A stretch of DNA of 64,000 nucleotides from Desulfatiglandales bacterium (GTDB lineage Bacteria > Desulfobacterota > DSM-4660 > Desulfatiglandales > Desulfatiglandaceae). Positions 39,553 through 49,823 of this stretch are shown here, one piece after another. The notes below the pieces were generated by a model. The model did not search any database. It was not told the origin of the DNA and saw nothing but the letters and a program-made list of their open reading frames with translations. Position 1 is the first letter of the stretch; each line of letters opens with the position of its first letter. Both the position numbers and the translations under genes were made by a program. The stretch lies in the NCBI GenBank assembly GCA_963666345.1, contig OY762721.1, positions 448,001-512,000 on the forward strand, given 5' to 3'.

Positions 39553-40892
39553 AATTTTATCTTTTTGTGAAGATTGCTTCTTTCTACCCCTATGGCTTCT
39601 GCAGTCTGGGATATGTTACCGTTGAATTCGAGTAATTTCCTTTTTATAAAGGCCTTTTCAAATTCATTCCTGGCCTCCTTTAAACTGTCACCTATTGCCT
39701 CGGAACCCGAATCTTCGCTGCCCTTGGTTGACCTGTTGATAGGAGCCGGGATATCCTTTGAGTGAATCTCTTTTGCAGGCGTCATTATCATGAGCCTTTC
39801 AACCAGATTTTTAAGCTCCCTCACGTTTCCCGGCCAGTCGTATCTTTCCAAAAGCCTGAGTGATTCTTCAGAAAATCTTTTTTCCTTCAGATTCGTTGTC
39901 AGAGTGAATTCCTTTATGAATTCCTCAACCAGTTCAGGGATGTCCTCTGTCCGATCCCTTAGTGGAGGCACCACCATCGGAATTACATTCAACCGAAAAT
40001 AGAGATCCTCTCTGAAACGGCCCTTTGCGATCTCTGATTCAAGATCTTTATTCGTGGCAGCGAAGACTCTCACATCCACATCTATAGTCCTTGAACCACC
40101 TACCCGCTCAAACTTCTGCTCCTGAAGTATCCTCAATGTCTTCGACTGTGCCTTAAGACTCATATCGCCTATCTCATCCAGAAAAAGGGTACCCTCATGG
40201 GCCAGATCGAATTTTCCCTTCTTCATTGTAGACGCGCCGGTAAATGCACCCTTTTCATGACCGAAAAGTTCACTTTCTATAAGATCTTCAGGAATGGCCG
40301 CACAGTTTACTTCAACCATCGGTTTGGCCCTGCGATCACTCAACGCATGGATGGTATGAGCCACCAGTTCCTTGCCTGTCCCGTTCTCCCCTGAAATCAG
40401 AATCCATGCCTTTGTGGGTGCGACGATTCTTATCTGCTCCTTCAGCTGAGTTATGGCCCTGCTTTTCCCCGTTATGCTGTATTTTCTATTTTCCTTCTCC
40501 CTGAGCAGGCCTATCTCCTCCTCGAGTCTGTAATATTCCATGGCGTTGTTTATGGATAAAAGGAGCTTCTCCAGAGATAGGGGCTTTTCTATAAAATCGT
40601 ATGCGCCCAGTTTCGTTGCCTTTACCGCTGTTTCGATATTTCCGTGGCCCGACATCATGACAACCTGCAGATAGGGATACATCTCCTTTAATTTTACGAG
40701 CACCTCAATTCCATCCATGCCAGGCATCCAGATATCGAGAAGCACCAGCTCCGGTATCTCCTCCGCGATAAGCTCCAGTGCACGGGCCCCGCTTTCAGCG
40801 CAGATAACATCGAAGCCCTCATCAGAGAGTATCCCGTCAAGAGACTGGAGGATGCTCGCCTCATCATCAACTATGAGTATGGTCCTAGCCAT
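39522..40892 (-). CDS. NtrX/NtrC-like sigma54 response regulator
   Basis: ILIVDDE, LLDIWMP, MSGHG, GENGTGKE, GAFTGA, HTH; start moved to ATG 40892. Confidence 0.92.
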   Translation of the reverse strand: MARTILIVDDEASILQSLDGILSDEGFDVICAESGARALELIAEEIPELVLLDIWMPGMDGIEVLVKLKEMYPYLQVVMMSGHGNIETAVKATKLGAYDFIEKPLSLEKLLLSINNAMEYYRLEEEIGLLREKENRKYSITGKSRAITQLKEQIRIVAPTKAWILISGENGTGKELVAHTIHALSDRRAKPMVEVNCAAIPEDLIESELFGHEKGAFTGASTMKKGKFDLAHEGTLFLDEIGDMSLKAQSKTLRILQEQKFERVGGSRTIDVDVRVFAATNKDLESEIAKGRFREDLYFRLNVIPMVVPPLRDRTEDIPELVEEFIKEFTLTTNLKEKRFSEESLRLLERYDWPGNVRELKNLVERLMIMTPAKEIHSKDIPAPINRSTKGSEDSGSEAIGDSLKEARNEFEKAFIKRKLLEFNGNISQTAEAIGVERSNLHKKIKFYGLNVFRSE

Positions 40893-40963
40893 TTCTATCG
40901 CCTTTTGTTCTTGCCTGAATTCCTGAGTGCCGAAGCAGCCCGTCATACGGCTTCTGAAAAATG

Positions 40964-42163
40964 CTATGCCTTCATCAGATCAAGTGCTATCCGGGCTGTC
41001 TTCAGCGATGCTCCTCCACTGCCCAGGCTGTCCCTTACATCTTGAAGTTCCCGTTTTATCTTTTCCCTTCGCTTTTCATCCTCCAGTATCCCTATCACCT
41101 CACGGGCTATATTTTCAGGTTCCACCTGATCCTGAATCAATTCGGGGGCAACCTCGTGACCTGCCACCAGGTTCACGAGCCCGATATGGGGGACATCTAT
41201 TATCATCCTTCCGGCCCAGTAGCTTACAGGAGACACCTTGTAGACTATGACCATCGGCGTCAGGCTTATAGCGGTCTGAAGGGTCGCGGTACCGGATGTC
41301 ACGACAGCTATATCGCACCTCTCCAGGAGTTCATATATATCTCCCCGCAGAATCGCAACATCCAGAGGTGAATTTTCCGTAAGCGCCCTTGCATACTTAT
41401 GCTCTATTGTGGGCGCCAATGGTAAAATGCAGCTAAGCCCGCCGAAATGCCTTTTCAACCTCTCCGCGGCCCTCAGCATGTCGGGAAGCAACCTGTCTAT
41501 CTCTTCCTTTCTGCTTCCGGGCAACAACCCAACTACCGGGTATGGGGAATCCGCATCGAATTCGGACGGATGGCCTTTCCTGTCAATGCCGGCGTTAAAC
41601 TCATCCATCAGGGGATTTCCCACATAATCCACGTTCACGCCCCTTTTCTTGTAGAAGTCTTCTTCAAATGGGAGTATGACCGCCATCCGGTCCACCCTGC
41701 GAGCGATCTTTTTGACGCGACCTTTTCTCCACGCCCATATCTGAGGACTCACATAGTATAGTACGGGGATACCCAACCTTTTCGCTACCCCTGCCAGATG
41801 AAGATTGAATTCAGGATAATCGATCAGGATCAGCAGGTCGGGACGCACGGTCCTAAGGATATACTTGAGAGTTCGATTGGCTCTCAGGATCGTCCTGAGT
41901 CGGGGAAGGACTTCCGTCAGCCCCACCACCGCCATATCAGAGGAAGGGATAAGGATGCGAACCCCCTGTTCCTCCATCTTTTGCCCGCCTATTCCCCATA
42001 CACGGATAGATGGATCAAGCCGCCTTATTGATTTAATCAGATTTGACCCATGGAGATCTCCTGATGCCTCTCCGGCAACCACAAGCGCGAACCTGAAATC
42101 CCTGGTGGCGGGATTCACCTCTTTTAGATCGTAAGTGTTCACTATTTTTGAATTGGATAGCAT
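40964..42163 (-). CDS. lpxB: Lipid A disaccharide synthase
   Basis: AGEASGD, IDYPEFN, YVSPQIWAW, LLPGSR, SGTATL. Confidence 0.96.
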   Translation of the reverse strand: MLSNSKIVNTYDLKEVNPATRDFRFALVVAGEASGDLHGSNLIKSIRRLDPSIRVWGIGGQKMEEQGVRILIPSSDMAVVGLTEVLPRLRTILRANRTLKYILRTVRPDLLILIDYPEFNLHLAGVAKRLGIPVLYYVSPQIWAWRKGRVKKIARRVDRMAVILPFEEDFYKKRGVNVDYVGNPLMDEFNAGIDRKGHPSEFDADSPYPVVGLLPGSRKEEIDRLLPDMLRAAERLKRHFGGLSCILPLAPTIEHKYARALTENSPLDVAILRGDIYELLERCDIAVVTSGTATLQTAISLTPMVIVYKVSPVSYWAGRMIIDVPHIGLVNLVAGHEVAPELIQDQVEPENIAREVIGILEDEKRREKIKRELQDVRDSLGSGGASLKTARIALDLMKA

Positions 42164-42171
42164 GAGCTATA

Positions 42172-43149
42172 TCAGCAAACAGTTCGAAATCCCTTGCAGC
42201 CGCCTTCTATCTGTTCGATGATGGCATGGGCGAACATCAGGGCCTTTCGCCCGTCTTCCCCCGAAACGACCGGTTTTTCACCCGTATTCACGGAATTTAC
42301 AAATGCTGCAATCTCATCGGCCAGAGGGTCACTTTCAGGATAAGTCATTTTGGATGTGACCTTTGGAAAGGAGCCTGCTGATTCGGTAAGTTCCCCGTCA
42401 AGGCTGGTCACATTAAGCCTTCTTTTTGCACAGTCAACCGAAAGGTAGGAATCCCTTTGAAATATCCTTATCTTTCTGACCGTATTTGCGGAAACCCGGC
42501 TTGCGGTAAAATTTGCTACGGCACCGTTTTCAAAAATCATCCTTGCGTTTGCAATATCGGTTTTACCTGTTATGACCGACATCCCCACGGCGTGAAGCTC
42601 TTTGACATCCGATGGGACAATATGCAGGATTATGTCAAGATCATGTATCATCAGATCAAGCACTACGTCCACATCGGTGCCTCTCTTTGTGAAGGAATGA
42701 AGCCGTTGAGATTCCATGAATATCGGCCTGGTCACCATTTTCTCCATGGCTGCGACAGCAGGGTTAAACCTCTCAACGTGCCCCACCTGAATAACGAGGT
42801 CCTTGGCCCTTGCCATTTCAATAAGTGCATCCGCATCTTCAAGCCTGGAGGTAATAGGCTTTTCGATCAGCAGATGCACACCTCTTTCTAGCAGATCGCG
42901 TGCCATGGAGAAGTGTCTTTCGGTCGGAACGGCAAGACTCACCGCGTCCACCCCGCCCTTTATCTGAGAGAAGTCTTCATAGCCTTTCAGATCGTACAGC
43001 CGGGCAATCTCATTGACCCTTTTTTTGTCCGTATCCACTACCCCGACCAGATCTACCCCCTCCAGGGCATCATATTTCTGCACATGGTAATTTCCGAGGT
43101 GACCCACCCCTATTACCGCAACTCTCAGCATTTTTTTAAGGCTTCCCAT
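42172..43149 (-). CDS. Gfo/Idh/MocA oxidoreductase, GnnA-like
   Basis: GVGHLG, EKP, GHVERFNPA, DLMIHDLD; sits between lpxI and lpxB. Confidence 0.85.
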   Translation of the reverse strand: MGSLKKMLRVAVIGVGHLGNYHVQKYDALEGVDLVGVVDTDKKRVNEIARLYDLKGYEDFSQIKGGVDAVSLAVPTERHFSMARDLLERGVHLLIEKPITSRLEDADALIEMARAKDLVIQVGHVERFNPAVAAMEKMVTRPIFMESQRLHSFTKRGTDVDVVLDLMIHDLDIILHIVPSDVKELHAVGMSVITGKTDIANARMIFENGAVANFTASRVSANTVRKIRIFQRDSYLSVDCAKRRLNVTSLDGELTESAGSFPKVTSKMTYPESDPLADEIAAFVNSVNTGEKPVVSGEDGRKALMFAHAIIEQIEGGCKGFRTVC

Positions 43150-43159
43150 ATTTAATTCA

Positions 43160-43972
43160 TCAACGCGAAATAACGCTTATCCCCTGACTGTCGGCCATGG
43201 AAAGCATTTTTTCTCTTTCGAACATAAGTGACTTGCCCGCCTCGACAGCCAAAACCGAGGCCTTTACCTTGGACATGGTCTCAATTGTTCCGGGTCCCAC
43301 GGAAGGTACATCGAATCTCAGATCCTGCTTCGGCTTGCTGACCTTTACCACAACGGCCTTTTCTCTTCCAAGCCGACCGCCTCTTAAAATTGTTTCATCC
43401 GTTCCCTCAATCGCCTCAACTGCCAGAATTGTCTTCTGCCTTACCACCACGCACTGTCCTATATCCAAAAGGCCGATCTCCTTTGCAATCTTCCATCCCA
43501 ATTTTATGTCTTCCCTTTCATCCCTTGTGGGTCTCCTTTTGGTGAGGCACCCTTCAGGAGCTATCAGGTCAGGCAGAAATTCGGTTGAGCTGACTATCTC
43601 TATTCCCTCTTTGGAAAACTCCCTTGAAACGGCACTCAGGATATCGTCATCATGAAAAACAGCCAGTTTTGAAATAAGGGAAAGGCCCTTTATATCCGGC
43701 CTTATGTTCTCGAACATCCTGCGTTTTTTTATGGTTCCGGCCATTATCGCACGGCTCACGCCCCTCTTTCGCAGCAGCTTGATGAGCTGCCCCAGCTGTC
43801 CCAGCCTTATCCATTCCGTTTCCTGGGCGATATCAGCCAGAGATTCATCCGTCTCACCAAGATGTGCGACCGCAACCACATGAATACCCAGTTTTTTTGC
43901 CGCCCCCGCCACCAACAGAGGGAACTGGCCGCCGCCTGCAATGATGCCCAGGATCTCATTCTTATTATTCAT
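43160..43972 (-). CDS. lpxI: UDP-2,3-diacylglucosamine pyrophosphatase LpxI
   Basis: GIIAGGGQFP, DIGQCVVV, AVEAIEGTD, KPKQDLRFDVP. Confidence 0.94.
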   Translation of the reverse strand: MNNKNEILGIIAGGGQFPLLVAGAAKKLGIHVVAVAHLGETDESLADIAQETEWIRLGQLGQLIKLLRKRGVSRAIMAGTIKKRRMFENIRPDIKGLSLISKLAVFHDDDILSAVSREFSKEGIEIVSSTEFLPDLIAPEGCLTKRRPTRDEREDIKLGWKIAKEIGLLDIGQCVVVRQKTILAVEAIEGTDETILRGGRLGREKAVVVKVSKPKQDLRFDVPSVGPGTIETMSKVKASVLAVEAGKSLMFEREKMLSMADSQGISVISR

Positions 43973-44059
43973 ATACTTGTTTCTTCTCTTCCGGCTCTTA
44001 CAAGGTGAAGGCATTTCAGACATCGATATCAACGATTTCACTTACAGTGAAAGATACTG

Positions 44060-44833
44060 TTATCGCAATATCCCCCTTTTGGAACCGTTGAAAAAATCCA
44101 ACAACATTTCCAGCTCGGCAAAAGGCTCGATCTTGCTTCTTACCTCTTTGATACCTTCGCTGAAATTTTTGTTTTCCCTCCATATGATCCTGTAGGCCTT
44201 TTTCAGACCGTCTATTCTTTCCTGTGGCAATCCCTTCCGGCTCAGACCTTTTCTGTTTATACCGAAGAGCCTTGCACGCGGCCCGGCCGTTATCATGAAA
44301 GGAGGCACATCCCTGTCTATTCCCGATTTGGCACCCAGGAAAGCGTGAGAACCGATCCTTACAAACTGATGCACGGCTACCAGTCCTCCAAGGATTGCAT
44401 AGTCCCCGACCGTTATATGACCTCCCAGTGTCGCCACGTTCGACATAATCACATGGTCTCCGAGAACACAGTCATGGGCGATATGCGCATAGGCCATTAT
44501 ATAATTGTGACTACCCAGAACGGTCTTCCGTTTCTCTTTTATTGTCGCCTTGTTAATGGTTACATACTCTCTTATGACATTATCGTTTCCTATATAGAGT
44601 CTGGTATCTTCTCCTTTGTACCCTATATCCTGCGGAGGAGTGCCTATGGATGAAAAAGGATAGAAAAGGTTCCTCTCGCCTATATTCGTGTGACCTTCTA
44701 TGGCGACATGAGCGCCTATTACGGTGTCGGATCCAATACTTACATGGTCTCCTATGGAGCTGTACGGTCCTATCTTCACCCCTGATGCTATCTTTGCATT
44801 AGGGCTGACCACTGCTGAAGGATGGATATCCAT
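44060..44833 (-). CDS. lpxA: UDP-GlcNAc acyltransferase
   Basis: Hexapeptide repeats, PQD, HIAHDC, LGGH, VHQF. Confidence 0.96.
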   Translation of the reverse strand: MDIHPSAVVSPNAKIASGVKIGPYSSIGDHVSIGSDTVIGAHVAIEGHTNIGERNLFYPFSSIGTPPQDIGYKGEDTRLYIGNDNVIREYVTINKATIKEKRKTVLGSHNYIMAYAHIAHDCVLGDHVIMSNVATLGGHITVGDYAILGGLVAVHQFVRIGSHAFLGAKSGIDRDVPPFMITAGPRARLFGINRKGLSRKGLPQERIDGLKKAYRIIWRENKNFSEGIKEVRSKIEPFAELEMLLDFFNGSKRGILR

Positions 44834-44981
44834 TATTTCCCTCTTTTCACTTTAAAATAAAGGCCTCTGTCAAAACGGAGGCCGTTGCTTTCTAAAACAA
44901 CCTGTCAAAGACAACCCAAGCCGGCGTCATTTTCCAGACCTACCCGGCCCTTAAAAAATTTCGATACGTTCACCTTTCATT

Positions 44982-45428
44982 TCAGGAAATTGTAGCCACC
45001 AACTCAGCTTCGGTCACTAATTCGTTTTCCACAAATGCCTTTCCGGCCATCTTCCATACCCTTGAACCACTTCTTAAAGTGTTCAATTCAAATCTCAGCC
45101 GGTCCCCAGGCACTACCGGTTTGCGGAATTTCACCTTATCAATGGATACAAAATAAACAGGCTTTCCCTCTGCCCCGTCAAATGAATGATCTATGGAAAG
45201 ACGCGCGAGTATGCCTCCAACCTGTGCCATAGCCTCAACGATCAGAACCCCGGGCATAATCGGATTACCGGGAAAATGACCCTGAAAGAAGGGTTCGTTC
45301 GCACTAACATTCTTTATCCCCACAACCCTTTCCCCGAATTCCAGCTCCGTTATCCTGTCAACGAAAAGAAACGGATAGCGATGGGGAAGGATCTTGATTA
45401 TTTCTTCATATACCAGTGGAAGTTTCAT
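44982..45428 (-). CDS. fabZ: 3-hydroxyacyl-ACP dehydratase
   Basis: LPHRYPFLFVD, FQGHFP..PIMPGVL..EAMAQ. Confidence 0.97.
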   Translation of the reverse strand: MKLPLVYEEIIKILPHRYPFLFVDRITELEFGERVVGIKNVSANEPFFQGHFPGNPIMPGVLIVEAMAQVGGILARLSIDHSFDGAEGKPVYFVSIDKVKFRKPVVPGDRLRFELNTLRSGSRVWKMAGKAFVENELVTEAELVATIS

Positions 45429-45499
45429 TTACCAAAGCACTCCTCTAGATATTTTCGGATCTTTCCAAACAGGCACCCTGTTATACAGGTACAAATAAA

Positions 45500-46528
45500 T
45501 TATTTCATGGAGTCTTCCAGTTCCTTCACCTTCTTTTCAAGCTGTCTCAAGCGTTCATTTAATTTTGGAAGCCTCGTAATAAGTCCCGAAGTCTTCAACC
45601 AGAGCCTGTGAGGCATTGTCGGAGTCCCCGAAACAATATCCCCGGGCGCGATCGATTTGGCAACACCAGACTGAGAACCTATCATCGCCCTGTCACCGAT
45701 ATCAACGTGATCGGATATTCCCACCTGACCTCCCAGCACTACTTCACGACCGACATTCACGCTCCCCGAAATACCGACCTGTGAGACGACAATCGTATTC
45801 TCTCCGATTACCACATTGTGCCCTATCTGCACCAGGTTGTCCGTCTTTACCCCTCTTTTTATCCATGTCTTACCCAGGGCCGCCCTGTCGATGCTGTTAT
45901 TGGAGCCTATCTCCACATCATCGTCTATCTGAACTATGCCCGTTTGGGGTATCTTTACCGAGGCGGCCCCGTCACGAGTGAATCCGAACCCGTCACTGCC
46001 TATCGTCGATCCTGCGTGGATAATCACATTGTTTCCTATAATACACCGATCCAGGATACTGACGTTTGGATAGATAACGCAGTTCTCCCCTACACGAACC
46101 CGGTCTCCCAGGAACACCCCCGGAAATATCACCGAACCTTCACCAACAACGGTCTCCTTACCTATATAGGCAAAAGGATATATGGAAACATTTTCCCCTG
46201 TTCGACAGGTTTCACTTATAAAGGCATCTTCGCTTATCCCTGGAAATCTGCCGATTGGAGGGGCAAAAAGGCCGGAAACAACGGCATAGGCTAGTTCGGG
46301 ATTTTTCACTACCAGCTGAGGCCCTTTAAAGGAATCTACCGGTTCTTTGACAATTATGGCGCTCGCACCGGTAGCTTTCAGTTGATCCCGGTACCTCTTG
46401 TCCGCATAAAAGCTTATTTCTCCCGATCCTGCCGCATCAAGGGAGTTGATTCCCTTTATCAGCAGGTCTCCGTCACCGATCACCTCACCATCGGCAGCTT
46501 CGGCTATCTCACTTAATGGGATCTGCAA
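45500..46528 (-). CDS. lpxD: UDP-3-O-acylglucosamine N-acyltransferase
   Basis: [21 protein letters not shown]. Confidence 0.96.
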   Translation of the reverse strand: MQIPLSEIAEAADGEVIGDGDLLIKGINSLDAAGSGEISFYADKRYRDQLKATGASAIIVKEPVDSFKGPQLVVKNPELAYAVVSGLFAPPIGRFPGISEDAFISETCRTGENVSIYPFAYIGKETVVGEGSVIFPGVFLGDRVRVGENCVIYPNVSILDRCIIGNNVIIHAGSTIGSDGFGFTRDGAASVKIPQTGIVQIDDDVEIGSNNSIDRAALGKTWIKRGVKTDNLVQIGHNVVIGENTIVVSQVGISGSVNVGREVVLGGQVGISDHVDIGDRAMIGSQSGVAKSIAPGDIVSGTPTMPHRLWLKTSGLITRLPKLNERLRQLEKKVKELEDSMK

Positions 46529-46539
46529 TGCTCAAACTC

Positions 46540-47070
46540 CTACTTCTTTGCCTTGTCATAGGCATTTATCACCGCGTCCGTAATCTCTATGGCGTCATCG
46601 AAATACACCAGCCCCGGCATATTCTTCTCGAAAATGATTGTATAGCCTTTTTCTTTCCCAATCTTCCCCACCACTTTATTTATCTCTCTTGTAACCATTT
46701 TTGTGGCTTCGCCCTCGGCGCTCTTCATCTCAAGAGAAAATTCGCTGTAGAGATATTTATAATACCTTCTCTTTTTTTCAAGTTCCTTTTGCTTGGTCTC
46801 TTTTGCGTCCAGGCTGAGCATCATGCTCTGCTTCTTGAGTTCTTCCTCCAGTTTCAGAAGCGAGTTTTTTTCCTTGTCCAGTTTTTGCTGAAGTAATTCC
46901 AGTTTGGTTTTCAATTGTGTCCTGATTTCCTGAAATCCTAAGGACTTTTGCTGAAATTTTGTCATGTCCACTATAGCGATCTTACCGTCGCCCTGGCAAA
47001 AGGCGCTGGATTGGAAACAGAATGCGATACCTGTTATCAAAAAAAACATTAAAAAACGCTTCATATTCAT
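46540..47070 (-). CDS. skp: OmpH/Skp chaperone
   Basis: Signal peptide, KIAIVD, coiled coil, EIT..VI; between bamA and lpxD. Confidence 0.88.
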   Translation of the reverse strand: MNMKRFLMFFLITGIAFCFQSSAFCQGDGKIAIVDMTKFQQKSLGFQEIRTQLKTKLELLQQKLDKEKNSLLKLEEELKKQSMMLSLDAKETKQKELEKKRRYYKYLYSEFSLEMKSAEGEATKMVTREINKVVGKIGKEKGYTIIFEKNMPGLVYFDDAIEITDAVINAYDKAKK

Positions 47071-47122
47071 CCCCCTTTAAAATTCGATACCCTGTATTTT
47101 TATCCATGATATCAAGGATAAT

Positions 47123-49807
47123 CTAAAAGAACCCTCCAACGGAAAATTCGTATTTCCCTGAAGATTCACCCTCTTCAGGATCAAGGTTCTTGCCGTACTC
47201 AAGACGCAAAGGACCCATCGGAGAATACCACCTGAAACCGATCCCCGCGGACTTCTTTATATCACTGAACGACAGCGACTCGGTATTTCTGAAAGAATTC
47301 CCGAAGTCGCTGAATATAACTCCATTCACCCCCTGCTCCTTTAAAAGAGGGAACACGTACTCAAGGTTAAATACCATCATTTTTTCACCGCCTATTTTTT
47401 CTCCGTTGTCTTTGGGCGATATTTCCGCATAATCAAAACCTCTGACAGTATTTATGCCCCCGAGAAAATACTTCTGAAACGGCGACAGACTTCCTCCGGA
47501 TCTCTTTTTGACATACCCCCATCTGGCCTGGGTCATAAACACTGTGTCCCAGTAAAACGGCCAGTACCATGCGGATTTGATATCATATTTATTAAAGTAT
47601 TCGTCACCGCTCAAAATGCCGCCAGCATACTCAAAACTTATGCTGTTGACCGACCCCCTGCTGGTATTCCATGGTCTGTCCCTGCTGTCTCTCTTTATCT
47701 CAAAAGTAGTACTGCTGGTATTGGTTCGGCCTTCCATATTTCTGATAATGAGGGAAGCACTGTTCTCTACATCTGAGATCTTTGAGCTGTCATAGCCATA
47801 TTTTATCGAACCTCTCGTGTATTCATCCATCGGTATCGGAAATCCCAAAGACAGTGAAGCCCCGGTTGCATCCCTTGTGTAGTCATCGTATTCATATTCC
47901 CATTTGTAGAGATCAACTCCACCGGAGATATTTCTGTCGAATATCCATGGTTCAACAAATTTTATGTCATAATAGCTTGATTCGCCGCCCACCTTTGCAT
48001 ATGCGGAAAGTTTCTGCCCCTTTCCAAGAAAATTGTTTTCTCCTATCTCGAACATTACAAAGGCCGAGTCTTGAGAACTGTAGCCCGCTCCCATGCTGAA
48101 GGAACCGGTGGGTCTTTCTTTGACCTTGACATCCAGGATCATGAGATCCTCGGCGCTTCCTTTTTTTGTCTTTAATTCCACATCCTCGAAAAAACCGAGG
48201 CGATTAAGGTTTTCCGTACTTTTCTTGAAGGCCGCCCCGCTGAAATACCTTCCCTCTATGGCCTTGAGTTCGCGCCTTATCACCTTGTCTCTGGTCGATG
48301 TATTTCCTGTTATGTTGATCCTTTCGAATTTGACCAGGGGACCCTTTGAGATATTGTAGGTTATATCAACTCTGTGGCCTTCATCATCCTCTTTAGTGCT
48401 GGGAGATACTTCCGCATTTGCATGGCCTTCATCAAGGAATACGCTTTTGAGTGCAAGCGTGTCCTCTCGAATCACCTTCCTGTTAAAGTATTTCTCACTT
48501 CCTATCCGCACCTTGCCCAAAAGCTCTTCCTCGGCCTGGTCAAAATCACCTTTGATCATTACCTCGCCGACGGTGTATTGAGCCCCCTCCTGAACGGCGA
48601 TCGTGATCATGAGACCTTCACCCTCTTCATAGGTTATTTCCGGTTCCCCTATCTTTGCCCTGATGAAGCCCTGATTATTGTAAAATGATGTTATCATGTG
48701 GACATCGAACTCGAGGGCCTTTTTGTCAAGAAGCCCGGAACTTGTGATCCAGGAGAAAAATCCCTTCTCTTTCGAGACCATGATGTCCGACAGATCATCA
48801 TCATCGAAATGTTCGTTGCCTTCAAAGCGGATCTTTCTTATATAAACCTTCTTCTTTTCATCTATCTCATAGGCAATAAGCACCTCGTTGTTCGGAAGTT
48901 CCTCGGTCTTTTCCTTGATATCCACGTTATAATAGGCCTTTTTATGGTAAAGCTCCTTGAGTCTGCTGATGCTCTGCCTCACCTTGTTTCGGTCAAGTAT
49001 GGAATAGAGTTTTATTCCCACTTCCTCTTTAAGATCTTTGTCTTTAATCTTCTTGTTTCCCTTGAAAACTATCTGCCCGATGGAAGGCTTTTCAGAGACA
49101 TTGAAAATCACTATTTTACCCTTTGATCCATCTTCGGTATCAATTGAAACGTTCTTGAAAAATCCCATGGAATAGACTTCTCTGAGGTCTTCGTCCAAAA
49201 GGTCGTAGTCGATGCTGTCACCTTTTCTGGAACTTATGACTTCCAGTATCGCATCCTTTTCGATCCTCTTGTTTCCCTTTACGATAATTGTTTCGATCTG
49301 TTCCACGCCGGAGATCTCATTGTATACACTGGTGGCGATCCTGGAAGAGGTCTCCTCAAGGGCATCCATATTTTCCGCTGCCATAAAGAGAAAAAAGGGC
49401 TTCCTTTTCCCTGATACATCTACCACTTTCAGATCCAGGCTGAGGCGTTCTCCAATCTGAGTCAGACTCCCCAGTATCACCCACGTTGCCCCTACATCCT
49501 TTCCGAAAAGGATAAGCTCCTTATCCGAGGAAACCTGGCTAAAGGCCAGCGGATGCCTGTTTATCTCCTCCAGGCCTAAGACCTCCATGCCTTTTTTCTC
49601 TATTCGAAGGGCAAGCATTTCCTGGATGTCTTTTCGTAAACTCACCTCCTTTTCCGGTGCATGGAACCTGACGGGAAGTATGGCAATTCCCGCATCCTTC
49701 TCAGCAAAAGCGAAAGAAGGTCTGAAAACCGATGTGACGGCCAATAATAAGAAAAGACACAAAAAGATCCGAAAGGATATCTTCCGGCCAGGACAAAAAG
49801 ATCTCAT
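47123..49807 (-). CDS. bamA: Outer membrane protein assembly factor BamA with an extra N-terminal domain
   Basis: POTRA repeats (GN..T.DKVIRRE), VRGF, GIGFRWYSPMGP, terminal F. Confidence 0.95.
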   Translation of the reverse strand: MRSFCPGRKISFRIFLCLFLLLAVTSVFRPSFAFAEKDAGIAILPVRFHAPEKEVSLRKDIQEMLALRIEKKGMEVLGLEEINRHPLAFSQVSSDKELILFGKDVGATWVILGSLTQIGERLSLDLKVVDVSGKRKPFFLFMAAENMDALEETSSRIATSVYNEISGVEQIETIIVKGNKRIEKDAILEVISSRKGDSIDYDLLDEDLREVYSMGFFKNVSIDTEDGSKGKIVIFNVSEKPSIGQIVFKGNKKIKDKDLKEEVGIKLYSILDRNKVRQSISRLKELYHKKAYYNVDIKEKTEELPNNEVLIAYEIDEKKKVYIRKIRFEGNEHFDDDDLSDIMVSKEKGFFSWITSSGLLDKKALEFDVHMITSFYNNQGFIRAKIGEPEITYEEGEGLMITIAVQEGAQYTVGEVMIKGDFDQAEEELLGKVRIGSEKYFNRKVIREDTLALKSVFLDEGHANAEVSPSTKEDDEGHRVDITYNISKGPLVKFERINITGNTSTRDKVIRRELKAIEGRYFSGAAFKKSTENLNRLGFFEDVELKTKKGSAEDLMILDVKVKERPTGSFSMGAGYSSQDSAFVMFEIGENNFLGKGQKLSAYAKVGGESSYYDIKFVEPWIFDRNISGGVDLYKWEYEYDDYTRDATGASLSLGFPIPMDEYTRGSIKYGYDSSKISDVENSASLIIRNMEGRTNTSSTTFEIKRDSRDRPWNTSRGSVNSISFEYAGGILSGDEYFNKYDIKSAWYWPFYWDTVFMTQARWGYVKKRSGGSLSPFQKYFLGGINTVRGFDYAEISPKDNGEKIGGEKMMVFNLEYVFPLLKEQGVNGVIFSDFGNSFRNTESLSFSDIKKSAGIGFRWYSPMGPLRLEYGKNLDPEEGESSGKYEFSVGGFF

Positions 49808-49823
49808 TTTTCCTACCTTTCCC

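Noticed and set aside
44862..44883. Hairpin between fabZ and lpxA as an attenuator
   Set aside because: C-A mismatch on the transcribed strand and no antiterminator; at most a weak terminator
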